A DNA stretch of 64,000 bases from Pirellulales bacterium (GTDB taxonomy: Bacteria; Planctomycetota; Planctomycetia; Pirellulales; UBA1268): contig JADHNY010000003.1 of NCBI GenBank assembly GCA_016779265.1, forward strand, positions 12,741-76,740, in the 5' to 3' direction. The notes beneath the pieces were generated by a model that saw only the letters and a program-made list of their open reading frames with translations, was not told the origin of the DNA and made no database searches. The position numbers were made by a program, and so were the translations under genes. Each line of letters opens with the position of its first letter. Position 1 is the stretch's first letter. Shown piece by piece: positions 50,117 to 58,829 of the stretch.

Positions 50117-52084
50117 TCAGGCCGCGGTGGCTGTCCCGCCAAGCAGTGGTGGCATCGGGCAGCCGAGGGCATCAGCCACGCCCCGCAAGAGTTCGGCTTC
50201 CGTGGCGGTGATGACTCCGTCATGCGAGACGATTGCTGCGATCGCCTCGACAACGCGTCGCTTTGACTTCGGCTTGATAGAGGCCAGAGCGTCCACGGCA
50301 TCTCCCAAGGCATCGAGTCGAGCCTGGGAGGCTGTCAGCAGTTGAAGGCCTTTGAGGCCAGTGGCCGCGACACCCCGCTCAAAGGCGGCCGCCGCCTCGT
50401 CGCTTGAGGAAGCACCGCCGTAAGCGAGGCAGCTAAGCAGCACCGACACATCACGACGCGACGGCGAGCGTTTCTTGCCAACCTTCGACTCGGTTCCAAA
50501 CACCGGATCGAGATGCCGCAGCAAGATCTTCTGCAGCACCCATTCGAAGAGATCGAGCCGGCGGTCCGCCTGGACCAACGCTTCGATGGCTCCACGAAAC
50601 CGCTTGTATTGTTCGATGGAGAGCGTTCGCAGGGTCCCGATGGCCGTGTCTACCAGCATCAGCCGCTGTTCACGGGGCTGGGTGTCGACGAGCAGAGAGA
50701 GCTCACGGGTTTCCTGACAGGAGGCGGGCTCGGCAAGCGATTCGAGCAGCTGAAACTGCTGGTGCCGCATGTTTGGGTCTGGGTCGAGCAGTAGTGCATA
50801 GACAAGCCCGCGACATCCAAACGGATCGTGGGCGGCATCCCGCAGTCGCGACGGCAACGCAGTGAGGAGCTCGTGGGCGTGTGCAATGTCGGCAGCAGTC
50901 GGCTCGCCAATCGCCGCGACGGCAGAGCGAGTGGCGACTGGGGGAGCCGCGAGCGGCGCTGCTGATGCCGCTGGTGGTGTTTTCAGGTCTGCTGAACCGC
51001 TCGCAAAACCGGCAATGGCTGCCTGGGGGCTGCTGCCTGTGCCGCTGGAACTGTTGGCCGTGGACTCGGCGAGAAGTGCGGCTGTGGCAGCATCGATGCG
51101 GGCGATCCGCTCTTGCAGCGGGGGATGCGTGGCAAAGAGTGTCCACAGGCCTGATGAGAAGAACATGTGGGAGGCCTCAGCCGCTCGCGGCGTCTCCAGC
51201 TTCGAGCCGTCGGGCGATGCGATCCGAGCCAGCGCCCCGGCGATGCCGGCTGGATTGCGGGTGAACTGCACGGCTGAGGCATCTGCCAGAAACTCCCGCT
51301 GCCTGCTGACCGCTGCCTTGATCAGGCTCCCGAAGAAGGTGCCGACATAGCCGATCACCATTAAGGCGAGTCCAAACAGGGCGATACCAGCCTGCGCCCC
51401 ACCCTCGTTTTTGCTCGACCGTCGGTGTCTGCCGGAAGCGAAAATCCTCAGCATGTAGTAGCCGATCAGGCCGAGCACGAGGATGCCATGCACGATCGCG
51501 ATCAGCCTGAGGTTAAGCCGCATATCTCCGTGGAGAATGTGGCTGAACTCATGCGCGACAACACCCTGCAGCTCATCCCGAGAAAGCTGTTCGGCAGCAC
51601 CACGAGTAATGCCAATCACTGCGGAGTCGATGTCGAGGCCAGCGGCGAATGCATTGATGCCCGACTCGTTGTCGAGCAGGTAGACCGGTGGCACGGCCGT
51701 GCCCGAAGCGATCGCCATCTCCTCAACAATGTTGAGTACTTTCCGCTCAAGGGGATCACGGGCATCGGGGGTCAGCCGGCGTCCGCCAAGCATTTCCGCA
51801 AGCTTCTCACCACCTCCAGAGAGCTGCAGCGTCTTGTAAAGACTGCCGCCCCCGATCACCAAGCTCACGCCAGCCGCAACCAGCAAGAAGACATCCGGCT
51901 GCCACCAGGCCGTACGTTCAAAGAGGGCAGGCGATCCATCGCTGAGGTTTGGCTGGCTCCCAATAAATACTGCCAGAGCAACGACATAGATGATGACCAC
52001 AGTGGCCACGAAGGCCGCCACCATCAGTCCCACTAAGAGCTTGGTGTTGCGGCGAGCCCTGTCTTGATGAGCAAAAAAGTCCAT
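50117..52084 (-). CDS. M48 (HtpX-like) membrane metallopeptidase with long C-terminal extension
   Basis: NIVEEMAIASG, INAFAAG, ELQGVVAHEFSH, SRQREFLADA, THPPL. Downstream of lemA. Confidence 0.93.
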   Translation of the reverse strand: MDFFAHQDRARRNTKLLVGLMVAAFVATVVIIYVVALAVFIGSQPNLSDGSPALFERTAWWQPDVFLLVAAGVSLVIGGGSLYKTLQLSGGGEKLAEMLGGRRLTPDARDPLERKVLNIVEEMAIASGTAVPPVYLLDNESGINAFAAGLDIDSAVIGITRGAAEQLSRDELQGVVAHEFSHILHGDMRLNLRLIAIVHGILVLGLIGYYMLRIFASGRHRRSSKNEGGAQAGIALFGLALMVIGYVGTFFGSLIKAAVSRQREFLADASAVQFTRNPAGIAGALARIASPDGSKLETPRAAEASHMFFSSGLWTLFATHPPLQERIARIDAATAALLAESTANSSSGTGSSPQAAIAGFASGSADLKTPPAASAAPLAAPPVATRSAVAAIGEPTAADIAHAHELLTALPSRLRDAAHDPFGCRGLVYALLLDPDPNMRHQQFQLLESLAEPASCQETRELSLLVDTQPREQRLMLVDTAIGTLRTLSIEQYKRFRGAIEALVQADRRLDLFEWVLQKILLRHLDPVFGTESKVGKKRSPSRRDVSVLLSCLAYGGASSSDEAAAAFERGVAATGLKGLQLLTASQARLDALGDAVDALASIKPKSKRRVVEAIAAIVSHDGVITATEAELLRGVADALGCPMPPLLGGTATAA

Positions 52085-52279
52085 GTCACCTCACATCGGA
52101 TGAAGGAGCTGCACGAGGGATGCCGTCCCAGTGAGCACACCGTCGGTGGCTGCCTGCCTTCGCGAAGACCGCGTGGCCTGCCGGCAGTCGGGCGACGATG
52201 CTCCGCTGGAGGCGTGTTGCGGGAGAGACCGTTGACGAAGCGTCTCGCCGCTGAGCCGTTCGTAAAGAGCGTCAAAGAC

Positions 52280-52897
52280 TCAGAACGACACCTTGGGGGC
52301 CTGCTTGATCTGCTCCTTATCATCGAACTCCAGCAGTGATGCCGGCTGGAAGCCGAACATGCCTGCGAACAACACCGGCGGGAAGGTACTGCGGTAGGTG
52401 TTGTAGGCAGTGACGGAGTCGTTGAACGATTGCCGGGCAAAGGCCACTTTGTTTTCTGTGCTGGTGAGCTCTTCCTGGATGGAGAGCATGTTCTGGTTGG
52501 CTTTGAGGTCAGGATAGGCCTCGGCCAGGGCAAAGAACCGCCCCAGACTCTGGGTCAACGCTGTTTCGGCAGCCCCGAGCGAGCCGATCGCCGCGGCGTT
52601 GCCAGGATTGGCTGCGGCTGTCGACGCGGCGGCGGATGCCTGGTTTCTCGCCTGAATGACCGCTTCGAGCGTTTCCCGCTCATGGGCCATGGCGCCCTTG
52701 GCTGTTTCCACAATATTGGGAATCAGGTCGTAGCGTCGCTTGAGCTGCACGTCGATCTGTGCAAACGCGTTCTTAAACCGTTGCGAAAGAGTTACGAGTT
52801 TGTTGTAGATGCTGGCGACCAGCATCAAGACGACCACGACGATGCCGGCAATCACCAGCAGGGTGATCGTCGACTCAGAGAGTGCGAACAGCGGCAT
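52280..52897 (-). CDS. lemA: LemA family protein
   Basis: IDVQLKRRYDLIPN, EAYPDLKANQN, ELTSTENKVAFARQ. Confidence 0.95.
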   Translation of the reverse strand: MPLFALSESTITLLVIAGIVVVVLMLVASIYNKLVTLSQRFKNAFAQIDVQLKRRYDLIPNIVETAKGAMAHERETLEAVIQARNQASAAASTAAANPGNAAAIGSLGAAETALTQSLGRFFALAEAYPDLKANQNMLSIQEELTSTENKVAFARQSFNDSVTAYNTYRSTFPPVLFAGMFGFQPASLLEFDDKEQIKQAPKVSF

Positions 52898-52994
52898 GGC
52901 GGTTTCTCCAGGGGGCAGACGTTGGGAGCATCGATCGCGAAAAATAAGTCTACGGCGGCGAGTCGTTGCCTGTCGCGACCGCTTTCGGCTGGCG

Positions 52995-53951
52995 TTAGCT
53001 GACCACGTTTCGAGGCGTTCCGTCGAGGAAGCCGCGGAGATTGGCAGTGACCTCGTTGATCAGCCGTCCGCGAGCATTGCGAGTTGCCCAGGCGATGTGA
53101 GGCGTGATGACGCAGTTGCGAGCACCGAGCAACGGGTTGCTGGCCGCTGGTGGTTCGGTGGAGAGCACATCGACTCCGGCTCCAGCCACGCTGCCGGCAG
53201 CAAGCGCTGCGGCCAGGTCCGCCTCCACGACCAGTCCGCCGCGGGCGGTGTTGATCAGGTACGCCGAGGGCTTCATCAGCGAAAGTCGCTGGGCGTTGAT
53301 CAGGCCCTCCGTATCGGGCGTCAGTGGGCAGTGCAGGCTGACAACGTCTGCCGAGGCAAACAGATCGTCGAGCGATCGAAAGCCCACGCCATCGGCGTCG
53401 GTGCCCGGCTGTTGGCTCCGAGTGCTGGCGATGACCTGCATACCAAATGCCTGGCCGATGGCGGCCACACGTCGCCCGATCGCTCCGTAGCCAACGATGC
53501 CGAGTGTGAGACCCTCCAGCTCAATCAGATCACCGTCCCACCAGCAAAAGTCTGGGGAGGCCGCCCAGCGGCCGCGGTGTACCTCGTCACTGTGGTGCCC
53601 GGTGTGGTTGGTGAGTTCGAGCAGCAGGGCAAACACCGACTGGGCAACACCAGGAGTGCTGTAACCGGGAACGTTCGTCACGGTTACGCCGTGACGAGCA
53701 GCGGCAACAAGATCGATCACGTTGGTGCCGGTGGAGAGCAGCCCGACATACCGCAGGTTGGGCAATGCAGCGATTGTCTCGGCGGTGAGCACGGTCTTGT
53801 TGGTCAAGAGCACCTCAGCCCCAGCAGCACGCTGCACGACCTCAGCGGCGGGTGTGCGATCGTGCGGTATCACGTTGCCAAGGGCCGCCAGGGGGCCCCA
53901 GTCGAGGTCGCCGGGATTCGTGGTATGGGCGTCGAGGATCACAATTTTCAT
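52995..53951 (-). CDS. D-2-hydroxyacid dehydrogenase (glycerate dehydrogenase/hydroxypyruvate reductase-like)
   Basis: NPGDLDW, LTNKT, GIVGYGAIG, SLHCPLT, INTARG, TPHIAWA. Confidence 0.92.
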   Translation of the reverse strand: MKIVILDAHTTNPGDLDWGPLAALGNVIPHDRTPAAEVVQRAAGAEVLLTNKTVLTAETIAALPNLRYVGLLSTGTNVIDLVAAARHGVTVTNVPGYSTPGVAQSVFALLLELTNHTGHHSDEVHRGRWAASPDFCWWDGDLIELEGLTLGIVGYGAIGRRVAAIGQAFGMQVIASTRSQQPGTDADGVGFRSLDDLFASADVVSLHCPLTPDTEGLINAQRLSLMKPSAYLINTARGGLVVEADLAAALAAGSVAGAGVDVLSTEPPAASNPLLGARNCVITPHIAWATRNARGRLINEVTANLRGFLDGTPRNVVS

Positions 53952-54050
53952 CGGCGTTTCACTCGTGCGTGGGCGGATTCTTCAGTTGAGAGCGTTCTTT
54001 TGTACGGCCTTGAACAGGTTTCACGGAAGAATTCTCGGAAGAAATGCATG

Positions 54051-54105
54051 CTCACGAAATCCTCACATTATCCACATCAATACCTCACACTTCGCTAATA
54101 CTTTT
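54051..54105 (+). promoter_or_regulatory. 11-bp-periodic direct-repeat array, Pho-box/OmpR-family-like
   Basis: CTCACGAAATC CTCACATTATC CACATCAATAC CTCACACTTCG CTAATACTTTT, in an AT-rich gap. Confidence 0.55.
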
Positions 54106-54267
54106 GGATCTGAGCTGGCGGATGCTTTGCCAGTTGCTTAGCAACCTCCATTTGTTTTGGCATCGTCCCGGTCGGATCCGGGCTGAGTTCTCACCACCTT
54201 GTTCTTATTACCTTGCGGGTTCTGCACCGATGGCAGCCCCGCATTCTCGAAGGAGAAATCGCCAGTC

Positions 54268-55311
54268 ATGGCAGACACGAACATCCATCACAGTCACCCT
54301 GCTGACGGTCGCACGGTCGCGGCACGCAGCGGCTTCACCCTTGTCGAACTGCTCGTCGTAATTGCGATTATCGGCGTGCTGGTCGGTCTGCTGCTTCCTG
54401 CCGTGCAGAGCGCTCGCGAGGCGGCTCGGCGGATGCAGTGCGGCAACAACATGCGTCAGTTCGGGCTTTCCTTCCACAATGCCCACGACACGCTTGGCTA
54501 CTTTCCGGCAGCCTGCTACACGATCGACTCAACTGACCTCTCCGAGTTTCCGCAGGCTCCGCGAGGGAATCCTTCCCGCACCGAGCATTCGTGGCGGGTG
54601 AAGGTGATGCCATACATGGAGGACAACACCCTCGCCAGCCAATACAACTTCGACCTCAACTGGTGGGAAGGGCCAAACCTTGCTGTTGCTCAGCAGAATG
54701 TCTCGGTCTACCGCTGTGGTTCAGCTCCACAGCCCGAGGGGCTTCTCAGCACGCCTCCAGGACCCACGCGCGACAGCGACTCCCAGGCTCCCGCGTTGAG
54801 CCTGAGTGCCCCGCTGGGAACGAGTGATTACGAGGTCTTCACCGGAGTGAAGAACAAGGTCTTCGACCCAGACCCCTACGCCAGCAAGGGCCCTGTGGCC
54901 GACGGTGCGCTGGTCAAGGACAAGGTGTCTACGATGGGACAGATCAAGGACGGCACGTCCAAGACCACGCTCGTTGTCGAGGCCGCAGGTCGGCCAACGA
55001 TGTGGCGTGGGCAGCCTTCCGTGGCGACTGGTGAGATCAATCAGTGCCTTGGCTGGGCGGATTCACTCGGTCCGTTCAAGCTTCACAACATCGGCCCAGA
55101 CGGCATGAAGAACTCCGTTCCGAAGAACCAGGGGCTTCCCTTCGGCGGTTCATGGGGTGGAACGAACGACGGCGAGGCCTACTCCTTCCATCCTTCCGGC
55201 ATGAACGTGGTGATGTGTGACGGCTCGACGCACCACATCAACAACAGCATCGACCTTCGCGTGATGGCAGCCAAGATCACGCGGATGGGTGGCGAATCTG
55301 TGCAGGAGTAA
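54268..55311 (+). CDS. DUF1559 prepilin-type protein with H-X9-DG motif
   Basis: GFTLVELLVVIAIIGVLVGLLLPAVQSAREAARRMQC, SFHPSGMNVVMCDGS. AAGGAG SD. Confidence 0.95.
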   Translation: MADTNIHHSHPADGRTVAARSGFTLVELLVVIAIIGVLVGLLLPAVQSAREAARRMQCGNNMRQFGLSFHNAHDTLGYFPAACYTIDSTDLSEFPQAPRGNPSRTEHSWRVKVMPYMEDNTLASQYNFDLNWWEGPNLAVAQQNVSVYRCGSAPQPEGLLSTPPGPTRDSDSQAPALSLSAPLGTSDYEVFTGVKNKVFDPDPYASKGPVADGALVKDKVSTMGQIKDGTSKTTLVVEAAGRPTMWRGQPSVATGEINQCLGWADSLGPFKLHNIGPDGMKNSVPKNQGLPFGGSWGGTNDGEAYSFHPSGMNVVMCDGSTHHINNSIDLRVMAAKITRMGGESVQE

Positions 55312-55367
55312 GCAGCCTCGGCTTCCCGTTGATCGATGGAAGCTGAAGGAGTGCTGTGATGATTTGC

Positions 55368-55408
55368 AAACGCCCCGTTCAAACCATCCTGGTTCGGACG
55401 GGGCGTTT
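55368..55408 (+). terminator. Stem-loop after the DUF1559 gene (terminator or stabiliser)
   Basis: AAACGCCCCGT...ACGGGGCGTTT with an inner AACCA/TGGTT pairing. Weak U-tract. Confidence 0.6.
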
Positions 55409-55507
55409 CGCATGTTCTTGGACAGTTGTCGTAGAACATGCGCGATGGAATCAGCGTAGGCCGCTGGTGGGCGGCGGGTGAGATTTCTCTGATGCTAGGA
55501 AAACTTC

Positions 55508-56905
55508 ATGCGTTCGTTCTGGTTTGTGGTGTTTTCAGTGTGCTCTCTTCTCTGTGCCGTGAGCGTCGCTGATGCGGTTGCTGAGCCGCTGCCTTCGATC
55601 GCTGGCTGCCGCATCGAAGCTGTTGGATTCTTACCGCCCGCCGTGCTCTGCGAGGCGAGTGGGCCTGGTTCAATCGATGTGGGGCTTGGCGGGCTCAGCG
55701 ACCTGCTGCTGGAGTCTGAGAACGCAGGGACACTCCGATTTCAAGCGATCACTGACCGTGGACCTAATGGCAAAGTTCAGACGCCTGAAGGCAAGCGACG
55801 CACCCTGCTCAATCCTGCGTTTGCCCCGACCGTTGTCAGTTTTGAGGTGGCGGAAGCGAACCCTGACAACCCGCTTGTGACGACCCGCGATGGTTCCGCA
55901 GCGAGGCTCTCGGTCAGCCTGATTGGCATGAATCCGCTCTTTGGTCGCACCGGCGTGCCGCTGACGGGGCGACCGAATGGTCTCGGCAATGATGAGCCGA
56001 TCCTTGATGCCAGTGGTGAGAAGGTGCTTGAGGCGGATCACAACGGCTTTGATACCGAAGGCCTCGTCCTCCTGCCTGATGGCAGCTATTGGATCTCCGA
56101 GGAGTACCGTCCGTCGCTGGCATGGATGTCGGCAGACCGGCATGTGCAGGGGCGGCTCACGCCTGCTGGCCAGAAACTCACCGACGCCGACATGGAGTCA
56201 CTCGACGTCCTGCCATCTGCATACGGCAATCGCCAAGACAATCGCGGCTTTGAGGCACTGGCTGCGAGCGAGGATGGCAGCACGGTGTGGGTGATGCTGC
56301 AGAGTCCGCTTGACCATCCAGCGGAAGGTGCTGCGTCTGCGACGGGGAACGTGCGGCTGCTGGCGATCGACGTCGCGAGCAAACGGCCGGTGGGTGAGTA
56401 TGTCTACCGTGCTGGTCGCCCTTCGGCCGCAGGCTGGGCGAGTCAGGGGGCACCACCGGAAGATGTGAAGCTCTGTGCGATGTCTGCTCTTGACGATGGG
56501 CGGCTGCTCGTGCTGGAGCAGTCTGATGGTGCGGTCGCTGAGCTGTATGTGATCTCACTGAAGGCTGCCACGAATCTGCTGGACCGGGCTGCAGAGATGC
56601 CGGTTGAGCCCATCGCCGATCTGGCAGCCGCCGGCATCGCGATGGTCGGGAAAACGCTGGTTGCCGATCTGGCGCCCCATCTCCCGGCGATGGCAGACCA
56701 TGTCACCGATGGAGCCTGGCGGAAGTATGGCGATGAGCCACCAGGACTGAAAATCGAAGGCATGGCCGTTCTCGACCCCCACCGCGTGGCACTGGTCAAC
56801 GACAACGACTTCAACATCGACTGGATCGAGGATCCTGCCGAGCCACAGCGACGCAACTGCCTGTGGGTGATTGAGCTCCATGATCCTCTGGTGGCGATTC
56901 CCTAA
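55508..56905 (+). CDS. Secreted 'esterase-like activity of phytase' family protein
   Basis: GGLSDL, TDRGPNG, DTEGL, WISEEYRPS, NRGFEALA, LQSPL, KIEGMA, NDNDF. Confidence 0.88.
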   Translation: MRSFWFVVFSVCSLLCAVSVADAVAEPLPSIAGCRIEAVGFLPPAVLCEASGPGSIDVGLGGLSDLLLESENAGTLRFQAITDRGPNGKVQTPEGKRRTLLNPAFAPTVVSFEVAEANPDNPLVTTRDGSAARLSVSLIGMNPLFGRTGVPLTGRPNGLGNDEPILDASGEKVLEADHNGFDTEGLVLLPDGSYWISEEYRPSLAWMSADRHVQGRLTPAGQKLTDADMESLDVLPSAYGNRQDNRGFEALAASEDGSTVWVMLQSPLDHPAEGAASATGNVRLLAIDVASKRPVGEYVYRAGRPSAAGWASQGAPPEDVKLCAMSALDDGRLLVLEQSDGAVAELYVISLKAATNLLDRAAEMPVEPIADLAAAGIAMVGKTLVADLAPHLPAMADHVTDGAWRKYGDEPPGLKIEGMAVLDPHRVALVNDNDFNIDWIEDPAEPQRRNCLWVIELHDPLVAIP

Positions 56906-57033
56906 GGCCGCTGCGGTTGGTGCTGCGGGCTCATCGAGGCGTTTTCAGAGACCGCCACACGAACGGCTGCCGATGGTAGACTCCCCGGCTCTGCCTCAAG
57001 GGCGAGGCCGTGTTCGGGGAGGATTGGCAGATC

Positions 57034-58755
57034 ATGGTTGATGGGAACAGTTCGTCTTCGCAGGCAGCAGCGGGCGGTGAACCGCCAGTCTCGGACAGGC
57101 TCACCCTGGAACGCGAGGTGCTCGCTGACGCTCGTCGTCGTGGGACCACTGCGACGCTGGCCGCCTACGTGAAACTTTCTGGTCCCGGCTGGCTGCAGTC
57201 GGCCATCACCCTCGGCGGCGGCTCGCTGGCAGGATCGCTCTATCTGGGTGTGATTGGTGGCTACGACTTTCTCTGGCTGCAGCCGCTGATGATGATTCTC
57301 GGCGTGGTGATGCTTTCGGCAATCGCCTACGTCACACTCTCTACCGGCCAGAGGCCCTTCGAAGCTATTAACACGCATGTGAGCCCTGTCCTCGGCTGGG
57401 GCTGGCTGCTGGCAGCGATGATGGCCAACCTCGTCTGGGCCATGCCACAGTTTTCCCTCGGCACTGCTGCGCTTCAGCAAAACCTGCTGCCCGAACTGCT
57501 TGGTGGGGATGCAGGGAAGTTTCTCTGCGTGCTCGGGCTGTTCTTAGTTGCCTCGGTGGTGGTCTGGTTTTACGACTCCGCCGGGATCGGGATGAAGATC
57601 TTTGACTGGGTGCTCAAGGCGATGGTCGGCCTGGTGGTGATCAGTTTCTTTGGCGTGGTGACGGCGATGTCGCTGGAGGGACTGCTTGACTGGGGACGGA
57701 TTCTGTCTGGCTTTACGCCAGACATCGGCTTGCTCTGGCATCCGGCGAAAGACCTGCAGCCCTTTATCGAGGCTTCGGGGAATGCGGGCTACTGGACGCA
57801 GGCGATCCTGGCCACGCAGCAGGAACGAATGATCGCGGCTGCCGCGACAGCGGTCGGCATTAACATGACGTTTCTCTTGCCTTACTCCATGCTGCGGAAG
57901 GGATGGGACAGTGGCTTCCGCGGTCTGGCTACCTTCGACCTTTCGACAGGGCTGTTTGTGCCATTTCTGCTGGCGACCAGCTGTGTTGTGATTGCGGCGG
58001 CGACGCAGTTTCACGCCCGTTTTGATCCAGTGGAAGTGGAGCTGCCGGCTGCGGAAATCAGCGGAGAGTTTCGCAGCAACCTCGAGAAGCGTCTGGCTGC
58101 CGATGAGGACGCTGAGGCCTTCGCTGCACTCGATGAGGCAGCGTTGAACGCCAAGATCGATGCGTTGCCGATCGCTGATCGGCAACTGGCTGTGATGCTC
58201 GTCAAGCGAGACGCCTTTGATCTCGCCAAATCGTTGGAGAATCTCTTCGGCGAAGGTGGGCTCACTCAGCGGATTTTCGGCGTTGGTGTGTTGGGAATGG
58301 CGGTCTCTACGATCATCATCCTGATGGTGATCAACGGCTTCTGCGTGACCGAGATGACCAGCCGCGCTGGTGACCGCGTCGTGCATCGTCTCGGGGCGGT
58401 TTTGCCCGGCGTTGTTGGTGGACTCGGTTTCCTGGCGGTGTGGGGAGATGACCAGGCCCGTTTCTGGCTGGCGGTGCCCACAAGCAACTTTGGGATGGCT
58501 CTGCTGCCGATCGCCTATGTCACCTTTTTCCTGATGATGAACAACCGTTCGCTTCTCGGTGATGCGATGCCACGCGGCCTGTTTCGACTGGTCGCCAACC
58601 TGGTGATGCTGCTGGCGATTGCAGTGGCTGGCGTTGGAGCTGGGATGTCGATCTATGCCAACCTTGGCTGGGGCGGGATGGCAGCGGTGGGCGTGTTTAT
58701 CGCGTTGATTTTTGCGGCGTCGTTCATGCACTCGTCTCGTCAGTCGGCAGCCTAG
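57034..58755 (+). CDS. NRAMP-related secondary transporter
   Basis: LSGPGWLQSAITLGGGS, TAVGINMTF, many TM segments. Confidence 0.8.
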   Translation: MVDGNSSSSQAAAGGEPPVSDRLTLEREVLADARRRGTTATLAAYVKLSGPGWLQSAITLGGGSLAGSLYLGVIGGYDFLWLQPLMMILGVVMLSAIAYVTLSTGQRPFEAINTHVSPVLGWGWLLAAMMANLVWAMPQFSLGTAALQQNLLPELLGGDAGKFLCVLGLFLVASVVVWFYDSAGIGMKIFDWVLKAMVGLVVISFFGVVTAMSLEGLLDWGRILSGFTPDIGLLWHPAKDLQPFIEASGNAGYWTQAILATQQERMIAAAATAVGINMTFLLPYSMLRKGWDSGFRGLATFDLSTGLFVPFLLATSCVVIAAATQFHARFDPVEVELPAAEISGEFRSNLEKRLAADEDAEAFAALDEAALNAKIDALPIADRQLAVMLVKRDAFDLAKSLENLFGEGGLTQRIFGVGVLGMAVSTIIILMVINGFCVTEMTSRAGDRVVHRLGAVLPGVVGGLGFLAVWGDDQARFWLAVPTSNFGMALLPIAYVTFFLMMNNRSLLGDAMPRGLFRLVANLVMLLAIAVAGVGAGMSIYANLGWGGMAAVGVFIALIFAASFMHSSRQSAA

Positions 58756-58829
58756 GGCCGCCGGGCGGCTGGGCAGACGCCATGTGGGCTTGCAGCGATG
58801 TGGCCAATCACTGAGGCTGTCACTCACTG

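Noticed and set aside
54068..54076. Perfect DnaA box TTATCCACA in an AT-rich gap (possible oriC)
   Set aside because: I saw only one box, with no cluster and no dnaA/dnaN/gidA context. It sits inside the 11-bp repeat array and can arise by chance.
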